A stretch of DNA of 64,000 nt from Phoronis australis (GCA_002633005.1 NMRA01000313.1:329339-393338), one strand, 5' to 3'; positions 14,897 to 48,985 are shown, numbered from the stretch's first letter. Translations and numbers: made by a program. Notes: generated by a model not told the origin, from the sequence alone.

Positions 14897-15496
14897 ATGC
14901 CCGAGCAAAGCAACGACTACCGGGTCGTGGTGTTCGGTGCGGGCGGCGTGGGTAAAAGTTCTCTGGTTCTACGCTTCGTGAAGGGCACGTTTAGGGAGAG
15001 CTATATCCCAACAATAGAGGATACCTATAGACAAGTAATCAGCTGCAATAAACAAGTGTGTACGCTTCAAATCACGGACACGACGGGAAGTCATCAATTC
15101 CCAGCTATGCAACGACTGTCAATATCGAAAGGACACGCCTTTATCTTGGTGTATTCCATTGCCAGCAAGCAATCGTTGGAGGAGCTCAAGCCTATCATGC
15201 AAGAAATTTTAGAAATAAAAGGCGATGTAGAAAAAATTCCCATCATGCTTGTGGGAAATAAATGTGACGAAACGGCGCGTGAGACCACAGAAAGTTTTGG
15301 GCGGCAGGTGGCAAAATCGTGGAACTGTGCATTTATGGAAACGTCAGCGAAAACGAATCATAACGTTAAGGAAATGTTCGAGGAGCTGTTGAACTTGGAA
15401 ACAAGGCGAGCTATCAGCTTACAGCCGGCTGACAGCAAAAAATCTAAATCAGATAAACGGAAGGAGAAATTAAAAGGGAAGTGTGTTGTGCAGTGA
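14897..15496 (+). CDS. DIRAS: GTP-binding protein Di-Ras (DIRAS1/2 family), 199 aa, intronless CDS
   Basis: [22 protein letters not shown] start, PTIEDTY effector loop, DIRAS-diagnostic [26 protein letters not shown] and ETSAK motifs, polybasic tail and CAAX CVVQ. Splice acceptor (ttcacttctttacag) ends at 14863, so the 5' UTR is spliced. Confidence 0.97.
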   Translation: MPEQSNDYRVVVFGAGGVGKSSLVLRFVKGTFRESYIPTIEDTYRQVISCNKQVCTLQITDTTGSHQFPAMQRLSISKGHAFILVYSIASKQSLEELKPIMQEILEIKGDVEKIPIMLVGNKCDETARETTESFGRQVAKSWNCAFMETSAKTNHNVKEMFEELLNLETRRAISLQPADSKKSKSDKRKEKLKGKCVVQ

Positions 15497-16954
15497 TGGG
15501 ACGTGGTGGTTAAAAGGTCTTCAACCACAACGTCTGGTACATCACTCGAGTGTTAAGTTGAGGCTCCACGGCCGGCTGTACTTATGCTGAACAAAAGAAG
15601 TTTGCGGGCGATTTTTGTCATCTAGCTCCCAAATTTGTAGCACGAACGAGTGCTGTGTGTAGATTCAGTCGAGAATTGCGTTATGTCGTGCGGGAGTGTT
15701 ACAGTCGTAGTCACCATAATGGCGCAATGTCTTGTGTTGTATTTCCTAAGCAACATCACTGGAGGTCGCACAGTTCGCGAGACTCATGGCAAAACTGTAC
15801 ACACAAGTGAAAGTATTGCTTTCAGCTAGAGAGTCTCGTTATGAAACGAGAACAGTGCAAATGACCGTCACTGAAAAGTGCAAGTAAAGGAAAACATTGA
15901 CTTTTTCTGGTGCACTTGTCAAGCAAAACATCATGTCTTGTGAAAGCCTTGTTAATTTCATACAAATCCATAAACATTGGTTCGCTCTGCCTCACGGATG
16001 TTTGCATTGACGTGCACCCTGCAGCCTGAACACAAGAACCCCGCACGTGTTACCTCTGAAACCAACACTGAACGTTAGACGTATAAATGTGTGGAAAACC
16101 TGTGAGGAAGCCTAAGCATTTAAAAGTTTCATCATAAATATAAAGCTGGTGTGGACAGTGATTTAAAGCATTTCCAACCGTTTGTTTAAGACAGGGATAT
16201 TTCTGACCGGGTTTGAACCTGTGCCCTTTGGGCGCACCTGATGATAAAAAGTGTGCCTTTTTCAAAAAGATGTGACCACCAGACTTAGAAACTGTAATTA
16301 TAGTGGTGACATATGAAACAGAAACCCCAAGGGCAATCGAAATAAGAACAGAGTCAGGATTTACCCGACTGGCTGTAAGTTGACTAGGGCCTTGCATTTT
16401 GGAAGAGTGTTGCGTTTTAAAAGATGCACCGGGGGGCGCACTGCTGCAATGTACTTGCGCCTTTTTATTTTTCATGCACGAATGGCGCAAAGGCGCAGTC
16501 TAGGAATATCCCTGTTACGAGGTTACTTCTCGGTACGAAATAATGACCGATTACCCCAACTCATTGCATTGGCAACTTAGAAATTCAGTCAAGTTTTACC
16601 CCCGTGAATCTGAAAACGTATGCTGATTTCCCGCGGTAAAATTTGACTAGGCCCTCCATCGAGTCAGCGTTTACGCGTTGTCTCGTGCATTCACGCTCTG
16701 TTGGCTGCCATGAGCAGTTTATAAGGATGTATAATGTAATAAGAAAATGTGAAATTGTCATGGACAACTGAATAGTCCCCCCGCCCTCATGTTTGATGTA
16801 CTTAGTAGCATAATATCGGCGGGATTGCATGTCCAGTTGAATTATTTCAAATGAAGACGGTCTTTTAAAAATTCTGTATTGCTGCCGAATATACCCGGTC
16901 ACCCAGACTTTGCTCTAAACTGAGGAGATCTGTTAGTTGAGATACCAGCCAGAC

Positions 16955-17092
16955 GTTCAGTAACGTTAGGACTTCGCTAAAAAGTAAGACTTCGTGAGAT
17001 TACGTGAGATATTGCCGTGTATTTTAAATAAGAACACGTGATTTTGGATAGATTTTAGCGGAGTCCTAGCGAAGGTCCTAGCGTTACTGAAC
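16955..17092. mobile_element. ~135-bp MITE, family Q copy 1
   Basis: TIR GTTCAGTAACG(T/C)TAGGAC...GTCCTAGCGTTACTGAAC. Similar copies at 26096-26233 (inverted) and 46913-47034. Confidence 0.8.
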
Positions 17093-18500
17093 TCTATCTA
17101 AGTCGCTTTGGAATACTGAACACTGTGCGATACGTTCAGCGATATTACACCTATCAAAGCTATTAAAATACCCATATGAGCAAATTCTTTAAAAATTCGT
17201 CTACTGCTGAAAGCCGTTTTTAGATGGCGCGCACGTGTCTTCTTGTTTTAGACTTTACGTAAAACAATTTATGTAAAATAATCTATTTTCGACTTTTTCC
17301 CAATTAACACCCAGCATAGATGCTAAATACTGTAGGCTGCAGTTCATGAGTAATTACGCATACCGGTGCGTACCGTGCACGCCAGTAGTTAAGTTTAGTC
17401 ATTACTCTACCCCCCCCCCCCCCNGAGCCAGTCTAATTGTTACTAATTGCAGTGCAGGAATAACTTTAGGAGCGCGCCGCGTCATTGGCGCAAAAGTACA
17501 TTCATTGGCGCGCTGTGCTTGCTTAGCTCGGGCCATCAGGCACTTAAAACTGTAAGTCGAAGAGGGTCAGTTCACCCATACCCACGTTTCTCTAAAAAGA
17601 CTCCTGAACTGTATTACGCCTTTGCCAGAAATAAAAGTTGGACACTCTTGTTCCATTAAATTTGCCTGATGCCTTTAACAAATTAATGGTGAATCAGAAG
17701 GTCCTTTGGCGACAGACGATTGCCTTGGAAGTAGATGATGCTTGAATAATATCCGAGTTGTTACTTGCCCGCCGTTCTTTTTGTTTTTGGGTTTCTATTT
17801 TCCAATAGCATGGTTTGTGTTTGAAGACCTTGGGGAGTCGACTAGATTTTAATGGGGGTGCAGTTGGAAAATTGGTATCGTTTCATTTAGATAGTGAACT
17901 CAAAAGGCTACCATTTCATGAAGCTTCTGGTCTGAAAACGCCTCGCCCACCCTTTTTGTAGGGATTAACTGCATAAACGAAATCCTTTCCTTAGGATTCT
18001 TGGACAGTTGAATTTTTAACTATGAAGCCTGAAACAGTACAAGAAAAGATGTCATGTCGTCAAAAATGGTTACATTTTCCAACCACTGACTTAAAAATAT
18101 ATCTTACATTAAAAGCCCTTCTTGTTAAAAAGACTCGATTTCGGAAAGAAACGGTTATAGTGAAATATCTCACTTCTGAGCGGCATGTCCCTTTTATGTT
18201 TTCACCCCCCAACCCCATTTCAAGGTGCCTGGCTATTATTTATAGACCCGTCTTGCGCCTATCATTTTTCTGTCTTTGATGGATAGAAACGTTTCTTTTA
18301 CAGTGGATAGTGGATACGATTGATGCAAAAAGGCGATGTTTTTCTTTTTTGTAAACACACCGTGAATTCAGAGATGTGGGCGTTTTAGGGTTATCTTATT
18401 CCTGTAGAAATAGTTGACTGCCGAAAATTTTCCCGCACTCGACACTTCCTGTTTAGTCGAACACTGATAACTTCTTGATGTGCCAGTCATCAATGGTTGT

Positions 18501-18636
18501 ACTTGATTGTCTTCGCCGATTTCACTACGTCAACCGGCTAAGACATCTGATTGGTCTGTAATTCGGAAGTAGTCATCAAGAACCAATCCGATGTCTCAGC
18601 CGGTTGGCGCGACGGAACCGGTGAAGTCAACCAAGT
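18501..18636. repeat. Imperfect ~55-bp inverted repeat (hairpin or MITE) between the convergent DIRAS and tubulin 3' ends
   Basis: ACTTGATTGTCTTCGCCGA..CAACCGGCTAAGACATCTGATTGGT pairs with ACCAATCCGATGTCTCAGCCGGTTG..CCGGTGAAGTCAACCAAGT. Confidence 0.7.
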
Positions 18637-19420
18637 GTGCCCAAGATCTTATCTTATAGTAGAAAATATGTATATATTTATTGCGTGTAGAGTTCACCTC
18701 GAAATCTCAAGAATTTGTAAAATGTGTATAGACACTTGCAATATAACTCCTGTTTTGCAACTTTACATGTTTTCTTGAACACTTCCTGCTTCATGTATCC
18801 ACACCAACATTTGCATGGAGTGTCGCTGGTGATGAACAAAAGATTAAACACCACTACAAATCGGAACTGCTAAAGTTTCTCGACCCGAGTTTGGTAAATA
18901 AGAGGGTTAAAATTCAAACCAAACAGATTTTTTTAATGTTGTACATCGAAACTAGACGTAATCTTTAATCCCGCCATAAAAAATCCCAAAAGCCGCATGT
19001 CTGCATCCTATATTAATAATCGCTGAAAAAATAATGGGTGTCCCAATAAAAGATTGACCACCAAATGTTAATGATCCTTAAGATGTTTGTGAAAGAAATC
19101 AAATCTGAAAACTCGTGAAATCCTGTCCATGTTGTATTCCAAATCAATAAAAATGGTGAACGACAGTATTCAGCCACATCAAATTGTTATTATTGATTGG
19201 AAATATAAAGAAAACGTCATGCAAAGACGGAATATCTGGCTATAAATTTTTAGGAGTATCACTTGCGACGTTTGTTATCTCGTTGGTCTGTTCCTAAACC
19301 AAAGTCATTGAATCAACTTTTTAGTATTAAACGTTTTTCGTAAAAGAAACATTGAAAGCGCTGCCACTCTTTTGCAAAGACGTCCCCCATTGGCTGAAGC
19401 TTCGCACTTACGCACTACTT

Positions 19421-31638
<12,218 letters not shown>

Positions 31639-31744
31639 GGTGACGTTCTAAGTAGTAGATGCCTTAAAAAATACTGAGAGAGAGACCTCCTTCGCCACTT
31701 CAATGTGTCGACGGTGGAGACGAAACTTCTTGCCTTGCCCGTTG

Positions 31745-32080
31745 GAACACACATTTATTAAGATGTTGTCACTACAGATCTTAGGGAGAACTTGATGAAA
31801 ATCATCGCAACGGTGCTAACGGAGATCATCCAGGCTGTATTGCGGTAGCTACGATCGCCTAACCTTGAAGCTTTGAAAAATATCGTTGGCAACGGTTTAG
31901 AAATTATTGTTGGCATTCAGTTTCAGTCTGCAAATTCTTCTTTCCGTTTTCGAAAATGATCACGTGATAGCTGATACAAACTCAGGTTTGCAGCCTAAAC
32001 AAAAACTGTTTATAAACAAAAGTGACATGTGCGATTGGAAAGGAACCAGGACTGCGTGTAAACAAGCAAGCAAACATTTT
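31745..32080 (-). promoter_or_regulatory. Putative promoter of alpha-tubulin A
   Basis: TTAATAAA box ~31754-31761; X-box-like GTTGCCAACGATAT (minus strand 31880-31893); CCAAT (ATTGG ~32034); clustered forkhead-like (T/C)AAACA sites 31996-32076. Confidence 0.45.
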
Positions 32081-32709
32081 CGAAATTATGGGAGCTACAC
32101 CGCTTCCAATACCGCGATGTCCATGTCGTGAATTTTGGTGAATTGCACTTAAAATAGACCCAGTGGATTATTCGACCAGCATGCTAAAGGAATATTTCCT
32201 TCCGTCGTGACCTAAACGTGTCTCAAATAAGCCAATTAACTCCAATGAATCAGCCTCAAGGCTTTCCTTCCCATGATAGTAGATGGTGTCTATCATCAAA
32301 GGCACTAAACACAGGAAGTTTCCCAATTTTGCCTCCCCAAACTGTTTCCGGTGAACTGGTCGACATGTATAGAAAGGTTTGAAACAAAGTTTTTGTCGTC
32401 TTTGACAAAGGTGAGTACGGTGTTCGCTAAGACGGTCGTGTATGCGTGGTTTTAGGTGTCAGCTTCATTCAAGTTGCTTTTTATATCATACGTCAGTCGA
32501 ATGTTTAGTGTATGGATATTATACAATAATAATTTATCTCCGTTTTGTTTTGTGATGCATATTTGTATTGGTAACTTTGTTACAGAGGGTCTGCAGTGAA
32601 ATGACATTTGCTTTTGGAGATCTCTCATACATTTACGTAAACATACATGGAAATATACGTTTCATTTTACTGTGCTCTTCCAATTGTGCATTAATTAACG
32701 AATTCTTAT

Positions 32710-32856
32710 TTCTCCCTCTTCCGCCCGCCCCCTCCTGTTCCCTATCCCTCCCCTCCTTTCTCCCCCCCTCTCTCTTCCCCCAGTTCCTCCCTTTCTTCCC
32801 CTCGTACCCTCCCTCCCTCCCTCTCCCTTTGTCTCCCTTTCTCTATCACTCTCTCT
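32710..32856. repeat. CT-rich polypyrimidine low-complexity tract
   Basis: ~145 bp almost entirely C/T on the plus strand. Confidence 0.85.
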
Positions 32857-34045
32857 TATTGCAAATACAATCATCATTTATAATTAATTAACCTGGTTTT
32901 TGAAGGTTGGCTTTCAACTTCAATATAAATTAATATGATGTAAGTTTCACTCTACAAAGAGACAGAACTGGCTTCGTAATATCGTATCTGCGACCGTCTT
33001 AGCCACGACTCGATTTGCGCCCTTTGATAAAACAGGCCCCTGGTTTTCAATATACCTTTGCAATAACGTGCATATTCGTCTAAAGAACATAATGATGTCA
33101 TTCGCAGCGCTACCAAGTAAACTTTGTTGGTACACTTTATACACAGATAAAGGAAAACCGTTCATTTTTTATCATTTTATTTTTCTTAATTCATCCTGGT
33201 AACAATTTCATATATCAGTGTTGGCGAATGGTCCATAAAAGGAAATAAAACTTGTGTTGTCATACTAACATGTATATTTTCTTAATGATAAAACAAATAA
33301 ATAGGAATACATTGCACGTGTCGGATTGGGTTGACTTACAAATCAACCCCATGCATGTTGATGTAACCGCACATTATACCATTAGTATTACCAAAAGCAA
33401 CCAATATAATTTTGAAAGGCTTATAAGTTACACAGGTTAACATTTTACTATTTTAGATAAGAGCATAAACCCCTTTCCTCCAGGACTTGCACAGTGATTT
33501 ATCATCCTAAGCCATACCCATACGTGGTCCCAGACACAAGTCGAATGCAATGGTTTAATGAGACCTGTTATTAGCAGAGCTTGTTATGTTTTCAAAGAAA
33601 CTCCAATTAAAATTGGTTATATTAAATAAGCATTCAAACAGGTAACGAGCAAAGGATGATTTATCGCACGGTATACTCGATAGTCTGTTATCACCGCGCA
33701 TCTGTTGAACTTCTTCTTTTAAGTAATCGATTCTTTATCGTTGTTATATTTCAGCACTATGCCATTATAATGGAATCGGGAAATTCAAGAAAATGCCAGT
33801 GGCGGATACAAGATGTCGTGAGGGGAACCAAATACCATGCCCAACAAACAAGCATTCGCAATAACCTAGTGTCGACAGCGTTTCTCGGCCATGCCCAAAT
33901 GAGAAGCCTGGATTACCGGCCCGACCAACTAAATACGCGCATGCTAACTGCGCGTGGATATGAATCTGTGCGAATTCACAGCACTGTGGAAACCCATCCA
34001 GAAAACCAATAGTTTTTTTGTCCTTGAACCGGAAGTAGCACGTGA

Positions 34046-43093
<9,048 letters not shown>

Positions 43094-43711
43094 GATGTCT
43101 TTGGATGATTCAGTGACAACAGAGATCGTCTGGCTCACAAATGACCTTGAGGAGTCAAGTGAGAGGTTAACCTTGGTTGGTGAGGGCAGTCGTTGGCTTT
43201 TATGACTGAGGACGCGTCCAAGTGACCACGAATAGGGGTGTTAGTAACGGATCGGAGCTCTGCGCTCACGCCATGAGTTTTGCTGACTGTTAAAGAAAAT
43301 GAGTCACGTCAGCAGTACATCTGAGCAGAACCTATGCTTGCGCTCAGATTTCGATAGTTCAATCGGTATAAAGACTCGGTCCGTCTAGTTAGTTACGCAT
43401 TGGTTCAATTTTCATGTCGGGTCTGTTAAAACTGTTCGGAATACAAAATTTTAGAAATTTTACTCCATTGAATTTAATTCATATGCTGCATGGCCGGGCG
43501 ACAAATTGAAGACCTACCGGCCAAGCAACGCTGTCTTTGCACGTTACCTGAAGATGACGTCAGCACACCAGGTGAAAATCTACTGCTGAATATTCTTTTT
43601 ATCCAGTTGATCTGCTGTTGTAAGCTATTCATATAAAAACGGGTATAGTTTAACATATTTTTACCAAATATTAGAAATAAGTTGCGCTGGTCTCCATTCA
43701 AATAACATACC

Positions 43712-43935
43712 ACCTACAGTTACGAAATTGGTCTCGATTTGTTCTTTACTCACATGGGTTACAGACGATATTTGGATCACTGGAAGTTTGTCAGATCAGG
43801 CCATACAAAGTTGACTTGTCAGCATGGCGGGTAATTTTATGAGCCTAGCATATAGCCTTAAGCAATTACGAACTGTCAGTTATTTGAGACCAGAAACCAT
43901 GTCTCATCTGAGTAACGAACAAGTTGACAACAGTT
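43712..43935. mobile_element. Palindromic MITE family P copy
   Basis: GAAATTGGTCTC, TTTTATGAG and ACGAACTGTCA segments shared with the 29905 and 3507 copies. Confidence 0.5.
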
Positions 43936-45914
43936 TTATACGAATAACTTCGTTTCTTTTGATGGAACGCGGGTTTATAGCACATGCCTTTCACATACGC
44001 TAGGAGAGCAGGATGAAATTCTCGTTATGTTCCGAAAACAGAAATTCAGCTTAACATCTGTTTCAGTAATATTATCGTCAAGATCAGCCCCAGCGCGAGT
44101 CGAACCTGAAACTCTCGCGCCTCAGCCAAACCCTATGGAAACCAAGCTTTTCATTTAACACGTACGGGTTTCACCCGCCAGCCCGTTAACGCGGGTACAT
44201 GAATAACGCATTACATGTAATTCGCTTTGTAGACGAGTGTAGGGTGTCTTTTGTCTGTTTTTAATTTCAGATGTGGTAGTTTGCAGTGCTCCGGTTCTAA
44301 ACTTGCGATTTTTTAGGCTGAGGTTGTGATATGTTATTCATGCTGTTATTTGTTGTTATTTATATATGCCAGTAGTGGCCCAAATCAGTCATTGAATTAA
44401 AAATTTGCCAAATCGACTGATGAACTAGCATGCAGACTGGCATCAGTTATGAGTTCTGAGTACGTCACAGTTAGTTAGAAATTTCCAGGTTATCAGCTTT
44501 TTATAACTGCTCCAAAAAAGAAATGCCAAACAGGTTGAACGCAGTCTTTGAAACTGTCCGTTCATCACATCACTAACGTATCAGTCCCACTCAGTCACAG
44601 GGTTCTTCGCTGTTGCCGTTTATCATTCTTTGCGTTATATATGTCAAGTTTCTCACGACAAAAAGGTATGTCTGCAAGATAGCAACATGTCGCAACATTC
44701 ATATTCAAAGCACATTAACGTGTTGCGAAATAGATTAGCGCGTTAACGAGTCAAGCCTGTACGCGTTAACGTTTAACTACCGTACGCGTTAACAACCGAC
44801 AGGCATGCAAGTGCCTGTTGCATAGTTGGGCTTTATCCTACTTGGTAGATGCTAGTGTAAAAGGTATCAATGTAGTAAAGTCACTGGCCTTGATTGCTGC
44901 AAATGTCTGGCAGACCACGGCGAGAATTGTTGATTTGTAATAAAATCATTAAACAAAGCCCATGTTACTGATAAATAACTGTGGACAAGCCTAATAACTT
45001 AAAAAAATCTACCCCATTCATCTATAATTCCAAAAATGCATCTTTCGGCCGTAAATAATGTTACTTGAATAATAATTTAACTCTCATTCTTTCCTTTTTT
45101 CATCAGTTTAGGGCACAGAACAAATTAAATTAATTGAAAAGTATCACGATCGTTGGGGCATTACCGTTCTAATTTTACGAATGAAATTCATTTGATAATT
45201 TATCGTTTATTCTGGAGGCCATTTTATCTTGTAGTCAGTGAATAAGCCACACAAAATTTTGTCTTAATTGTGTTTACTTTGAAAAAATATAGTCGTGTTG
45301 AAATGGTACTATTTAGGGAATATGAACTTCATCTGGTGAATTTTTTAGAAAGGATTTAAAAGCGGGAAGAGTTGTTCGCCAACAACTTTAAATAGTTGGA
45401 CGATTTATACAATTTTCGGCCTATCACACGGAGGTGGGACTGCCCAAGCTTAACATGAAAAGGGTTTACCATAAATCGGAAAAAGTCCATTTCATTTTGC
45501 AAACGTGGTGCGATATTTTTGTTATCTTTTATGGGTTAGGACTCTTGCCTTTTTTATACGGAAACAAATCTATCTTTGAATTGTGCATTTTGTTAGCCTA
45601 TTAAGGCTTTACTTTCCGGCTCCTGTTTCGTAAAACACGGTTTTTCAATTATCAGACCACATTTTGTGCAAAGCAGATAACATGTACCATTTTATACCTG
45701 CCAATGTATTCAGACAGCCAAGCGCGCTATTTTAAGCTGCGTCCGATATCCGGACTAAGAACTAAAGGCATCGTTTATGTCCTTTTTCTGAGCTCATGCG
45801 CCTTTATTTGAAACAATGCATTTTTTAAAGGAAATTAGTGAAAATCCCAACAGTTGTCTACAAAAAACTAAGTGTATATTGTTAAGTTGCCAGCTAAATA
45901 CCGTACATGCAGTA

Positions 45915-46342
45915 GACACCTACCGGGACTCTCCGTAGATAAGGTCATGGGCGTGTATGCGGAAAATGAAATTTTTAGGCGTTTATTCGGAAAAGGGGGT
46001 GTGTAAACGGAAAGTCATAGTTTTGGTTATGCATATGCCAACATGAAGCACGATACTTTTTTATTTGGTACTGTGTTTTTTAAATTTTGTGTTAGTTCAC
46101 CAACACGTTTTTTAAATGATCAGAGGAATACTCCACAAAACCGTGACAGAATTTGTGAATAAACGTTGAGGCTGAGTGAGCTTTTAAGAGGAAATTTTCC
46201 GAATAAGCACCCCACAAGTACTATCTGGATCACTTGACACTAGAAGTTGTAACACCGAATAAACGCACATGGGCGTTCAGTCGGCATAGTTTTCCAAATA
46301 AACGCCCATGGGCGTTTCACAGGGAAAATCCTGGTAGACGTA
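45915..46342. mobile_element. Degenerate MITE with CGAATAAACGC-type subterminal repeats
   Basis: CTACCGGGACTCTCC..CATGGGCGT..GGCGTTTATTCGG is mirrored by CCGAATAAACGC..CGCCCATG..GGAAAATCCTGGTAG. Confidence 0.55.
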
Positions 46343-46396
46343 TCATGCGAGCCCACTAATCCTCAATGAAACTCTTCCACGAGCCCCAGCTGATAC

Positions 46397-46711
46397 CAGT
46401 GGCGGATTTAGGGGGGACGGGACAAGGGGGCCATTCCCCCCTAAAATTCTACCGGATACCATTTGGGAGTTCGGGTGCGCGCAAGCAGGGACTCGTCGGG
46501 GATGAATAAACAACGCAAAGGCCCTGAACAAACTGAACAAATCCCGTTCACCGTTTTTTTTTTGTTTTTTTAGTCAACAGGTCCGCAACCCCAAACATTC
46601 GAGCCTCTGCGTCCCCACATTTTAGGCTGGGCTCGCGCATCTGTCAAAATTCTAGTTATCCCCGTGCCCTGGCCCCCATCCCCTTAACTCAAAATCCTGG
46701 ATCCGCCCCTG
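46397..46711. mobile_element. 315-bp hAT-like MITE with a perfect 5-bp TSD
   Basis: CAGTGGCGGAT...ATCCGCCCCTG termini; GATAC at 46392-46396 and 46712-46716. Confidence 0.8.
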
Positions 46712-46912
46712 GATACTAGATAATGTGGCGCTTATTGTCGCGAAAGCATCACTTCAGGCATGGTTTTACCCAGATATAGGCGCATGCGCCTAATTCCTAA
46801 TATAGGCGCACCTTCAAATATAGATATGGAGCCTACTAGAAATAGGCCCACGCCTATAAACAATAGACCATTGATCACCACTATCATATCATAGCGCAGA
46901 GACCAGCCTCCC

Positions 46913-47034
46913 GTTCAGTAACGCTTGGACCTCGCTAAAACGCAAGACTTCGCGAGATTACGAGAGATATTGCCGTGCATTTTAAATAAGAACACGTGAC
47001 TGACCAGGTTTTAGCTAGGTCCTAGCTACTGAAC
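46913..47034. mobile_element. MITE family Q copy 3
   Basis: Closely matches 16955-17092 (GAGATATTGCCGTG..TTTTAAATAAGAACACGTGA). Confidence 0.8.
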
Positions 47035-47084
47035 GCACGCCAGCTGTGTCGTTGTCGAGTATCTACGGTAAAAACGTTAGTGAC

Positions 47085-47300
47085 AAGTAACTGTCTTATT
47101 GCCCGCGAACATTCGTAACAACTAAACAATATCCCGGGTGACGCAAAATTTGGAAATGAACAAATTGTTACACTGGCCTACTAAATACGAACACATAGCT
47201 GTTTAAAATAGATTTTTCCCCTCTTGTGGCGTTAGGCGCTTTTGAAATATAAGTATCTGCCTTATTACCTGTGAACAGTAGTAACAACTAAACAATATGG
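47085..47300 (+). promoter_or_regulatory. Duplicated 48-bp module in the putative promoter of the kinesin/CCDC78-like gene
   Basis: 47085-47132 vs 47251-47298 differ at 7 positions and the last 18 bp (GTAACAACTAAACAATAT) are identical. Copy 2 runs into a YY1-like ATATGGCG. Confidence 0.45.
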
Positions 47301-48869
47301 CGTCTCCCAGTGTCACCCGTTCGGGTTTTGTTGCAAACGTGGTCGCTGTTTGTTGTCACGAGGCGTAGCGAACGATGTCCATCACATTTCCATAATGTAT
47401 GTCGTTTTGGTTGCGTTTAGCACCTGAAATCAATGTGCTTAAAACATCCACGAAGTCCTCAGTCATACACAGACTGTGGTCGATGTCAACAAACACAGCC
47501 TGTCCCTGGCCCGGCCTGAGGCTGAGCACTCACTCAGTCAGTGACTCAGTCTCTTTGCTCAGGCTCTGTGACTTCAGAAATCATATTTTCCTGAGTGTGG
47601 AAAGAGAATGGATGAAAAATTTGGAACCTTTTCCGAACTATGATGCCACATGTTGCTATTTTGTTGAGCATTTTTGATGTTCAGTAACATTTTGCTGGAA
47701 TTTGCACATCCATCAAGTACACTGGAAGAGTTGCTGCAATTTACCCCTAACCCTGGCTAAACTATAGCGCTCAAATGTAGATGAATACCTTTGGAGGCAG
47801 TTTGAGTCTTTTAATTTTTCAAACTTGAACAAATACTCTCGCAGTCAACATTTTTCCAAATAGCCCTTAATTTCGTTGGCAAAAGACTGAATGCCATTAC
47901 AGTCAGTGTGCTTGAGGTCAAACAGAAACGTGTAGCGGGTTATGGGAAGTCACCTGTCTGCCAACCATGCCAAGAGGTGGCAGCACAGACTGGGGACTTG
48001 TCTATTCTACACGTTGCTAGTGTGGTTTGTTATCAGGGTACCCATCAGATTATCGTCTTGACCACAGTAACAATGTATCGTGAATTAATTTCCGGTACTG
48101 GCCTTTATTTTGGTAACACTAGAAACCAAGAGCTTGACACCTAACCTAATTCAAGTGTTGAAAGCGGCCTATACACCTTGGCTGGACCTTGTAGCATTTG
48201 AGATTGGTCTAAGAAGTCAGTTGGTGTTGAAATGGGTCAAAAGTGGATTGTGCCTGAATTATCTTATCAGTTTGTGCGTAACTGAATTTTCCCAAGTGAT
48301 GACAATCTCACTGATAATTGCTAAGATTTAATACCTAAATATATCATCTTGGAATTAAATTAACTCCGGGGGATACTTGTTAATGATCCTTTTGGTTCAT
48401 GCAAGTATTTTAAAATAGAAACTTTACAAATTTTACTGACATTTTTTTCAAAGATAAGCGCAAGATATAAAAGAGGTCTTAAGATACCTCTCTTAATGGA
48501 AGTTTCCGTTTCTTAATTGTTTTGTTTGGAATACAAGAGCACTTCATGTCGAGTTGTAAGATTTTTGTGGAATGCTTGAAAATTATTTTTTATTCAAAAC
48601 TTATTTTAATGAATACAGGAGTCAAGTTAATTTCTCTTTCTCATTATGTATTACTGATACTACTTTACTAGTACTGGTCATCCATTGCACACTCAAAATA
48701 TAAAAATTTGCATTTCACAATTTTGATATTCACTGCCCCCCATATTTGCCAAAAGTATCTATGTTGAGCCTTAAACTAAGTAGATTATTTTGTTTTCTTG
48801 TCCATATCAAAACGAAACAACCAAGACTGTCTTCTCTGCCAATTTAGACGTACTTATTAACAGTTGACC

Positions 48870-48985
48870 ATGAATGTTGATGTTGTCGGTCGTATACGAC
48901 CTTCATACGGATCTGGACCTCTCCATGGTCTTCATATAGACAGCCATCACCGTATCACCAGCCGCTCAGGAGGTAACCACTTCAG
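48870..48985 (+). CDS. Kinesin/CCDC78-like coding exon 1
   Basis: acag|ttgaccATG; MNVDVVGRIRPSYGSGPLHGLHIDSHHRITSRSGGNHF(S)|gtagg. Confidence 0.85.

Noticed and set aside
15077-15100. DTTGSHQF instead of Ras DTAGQEEY, resembling activating mutations
   Set aside because: This is a normal diagnostic feature of the DIRAS family.
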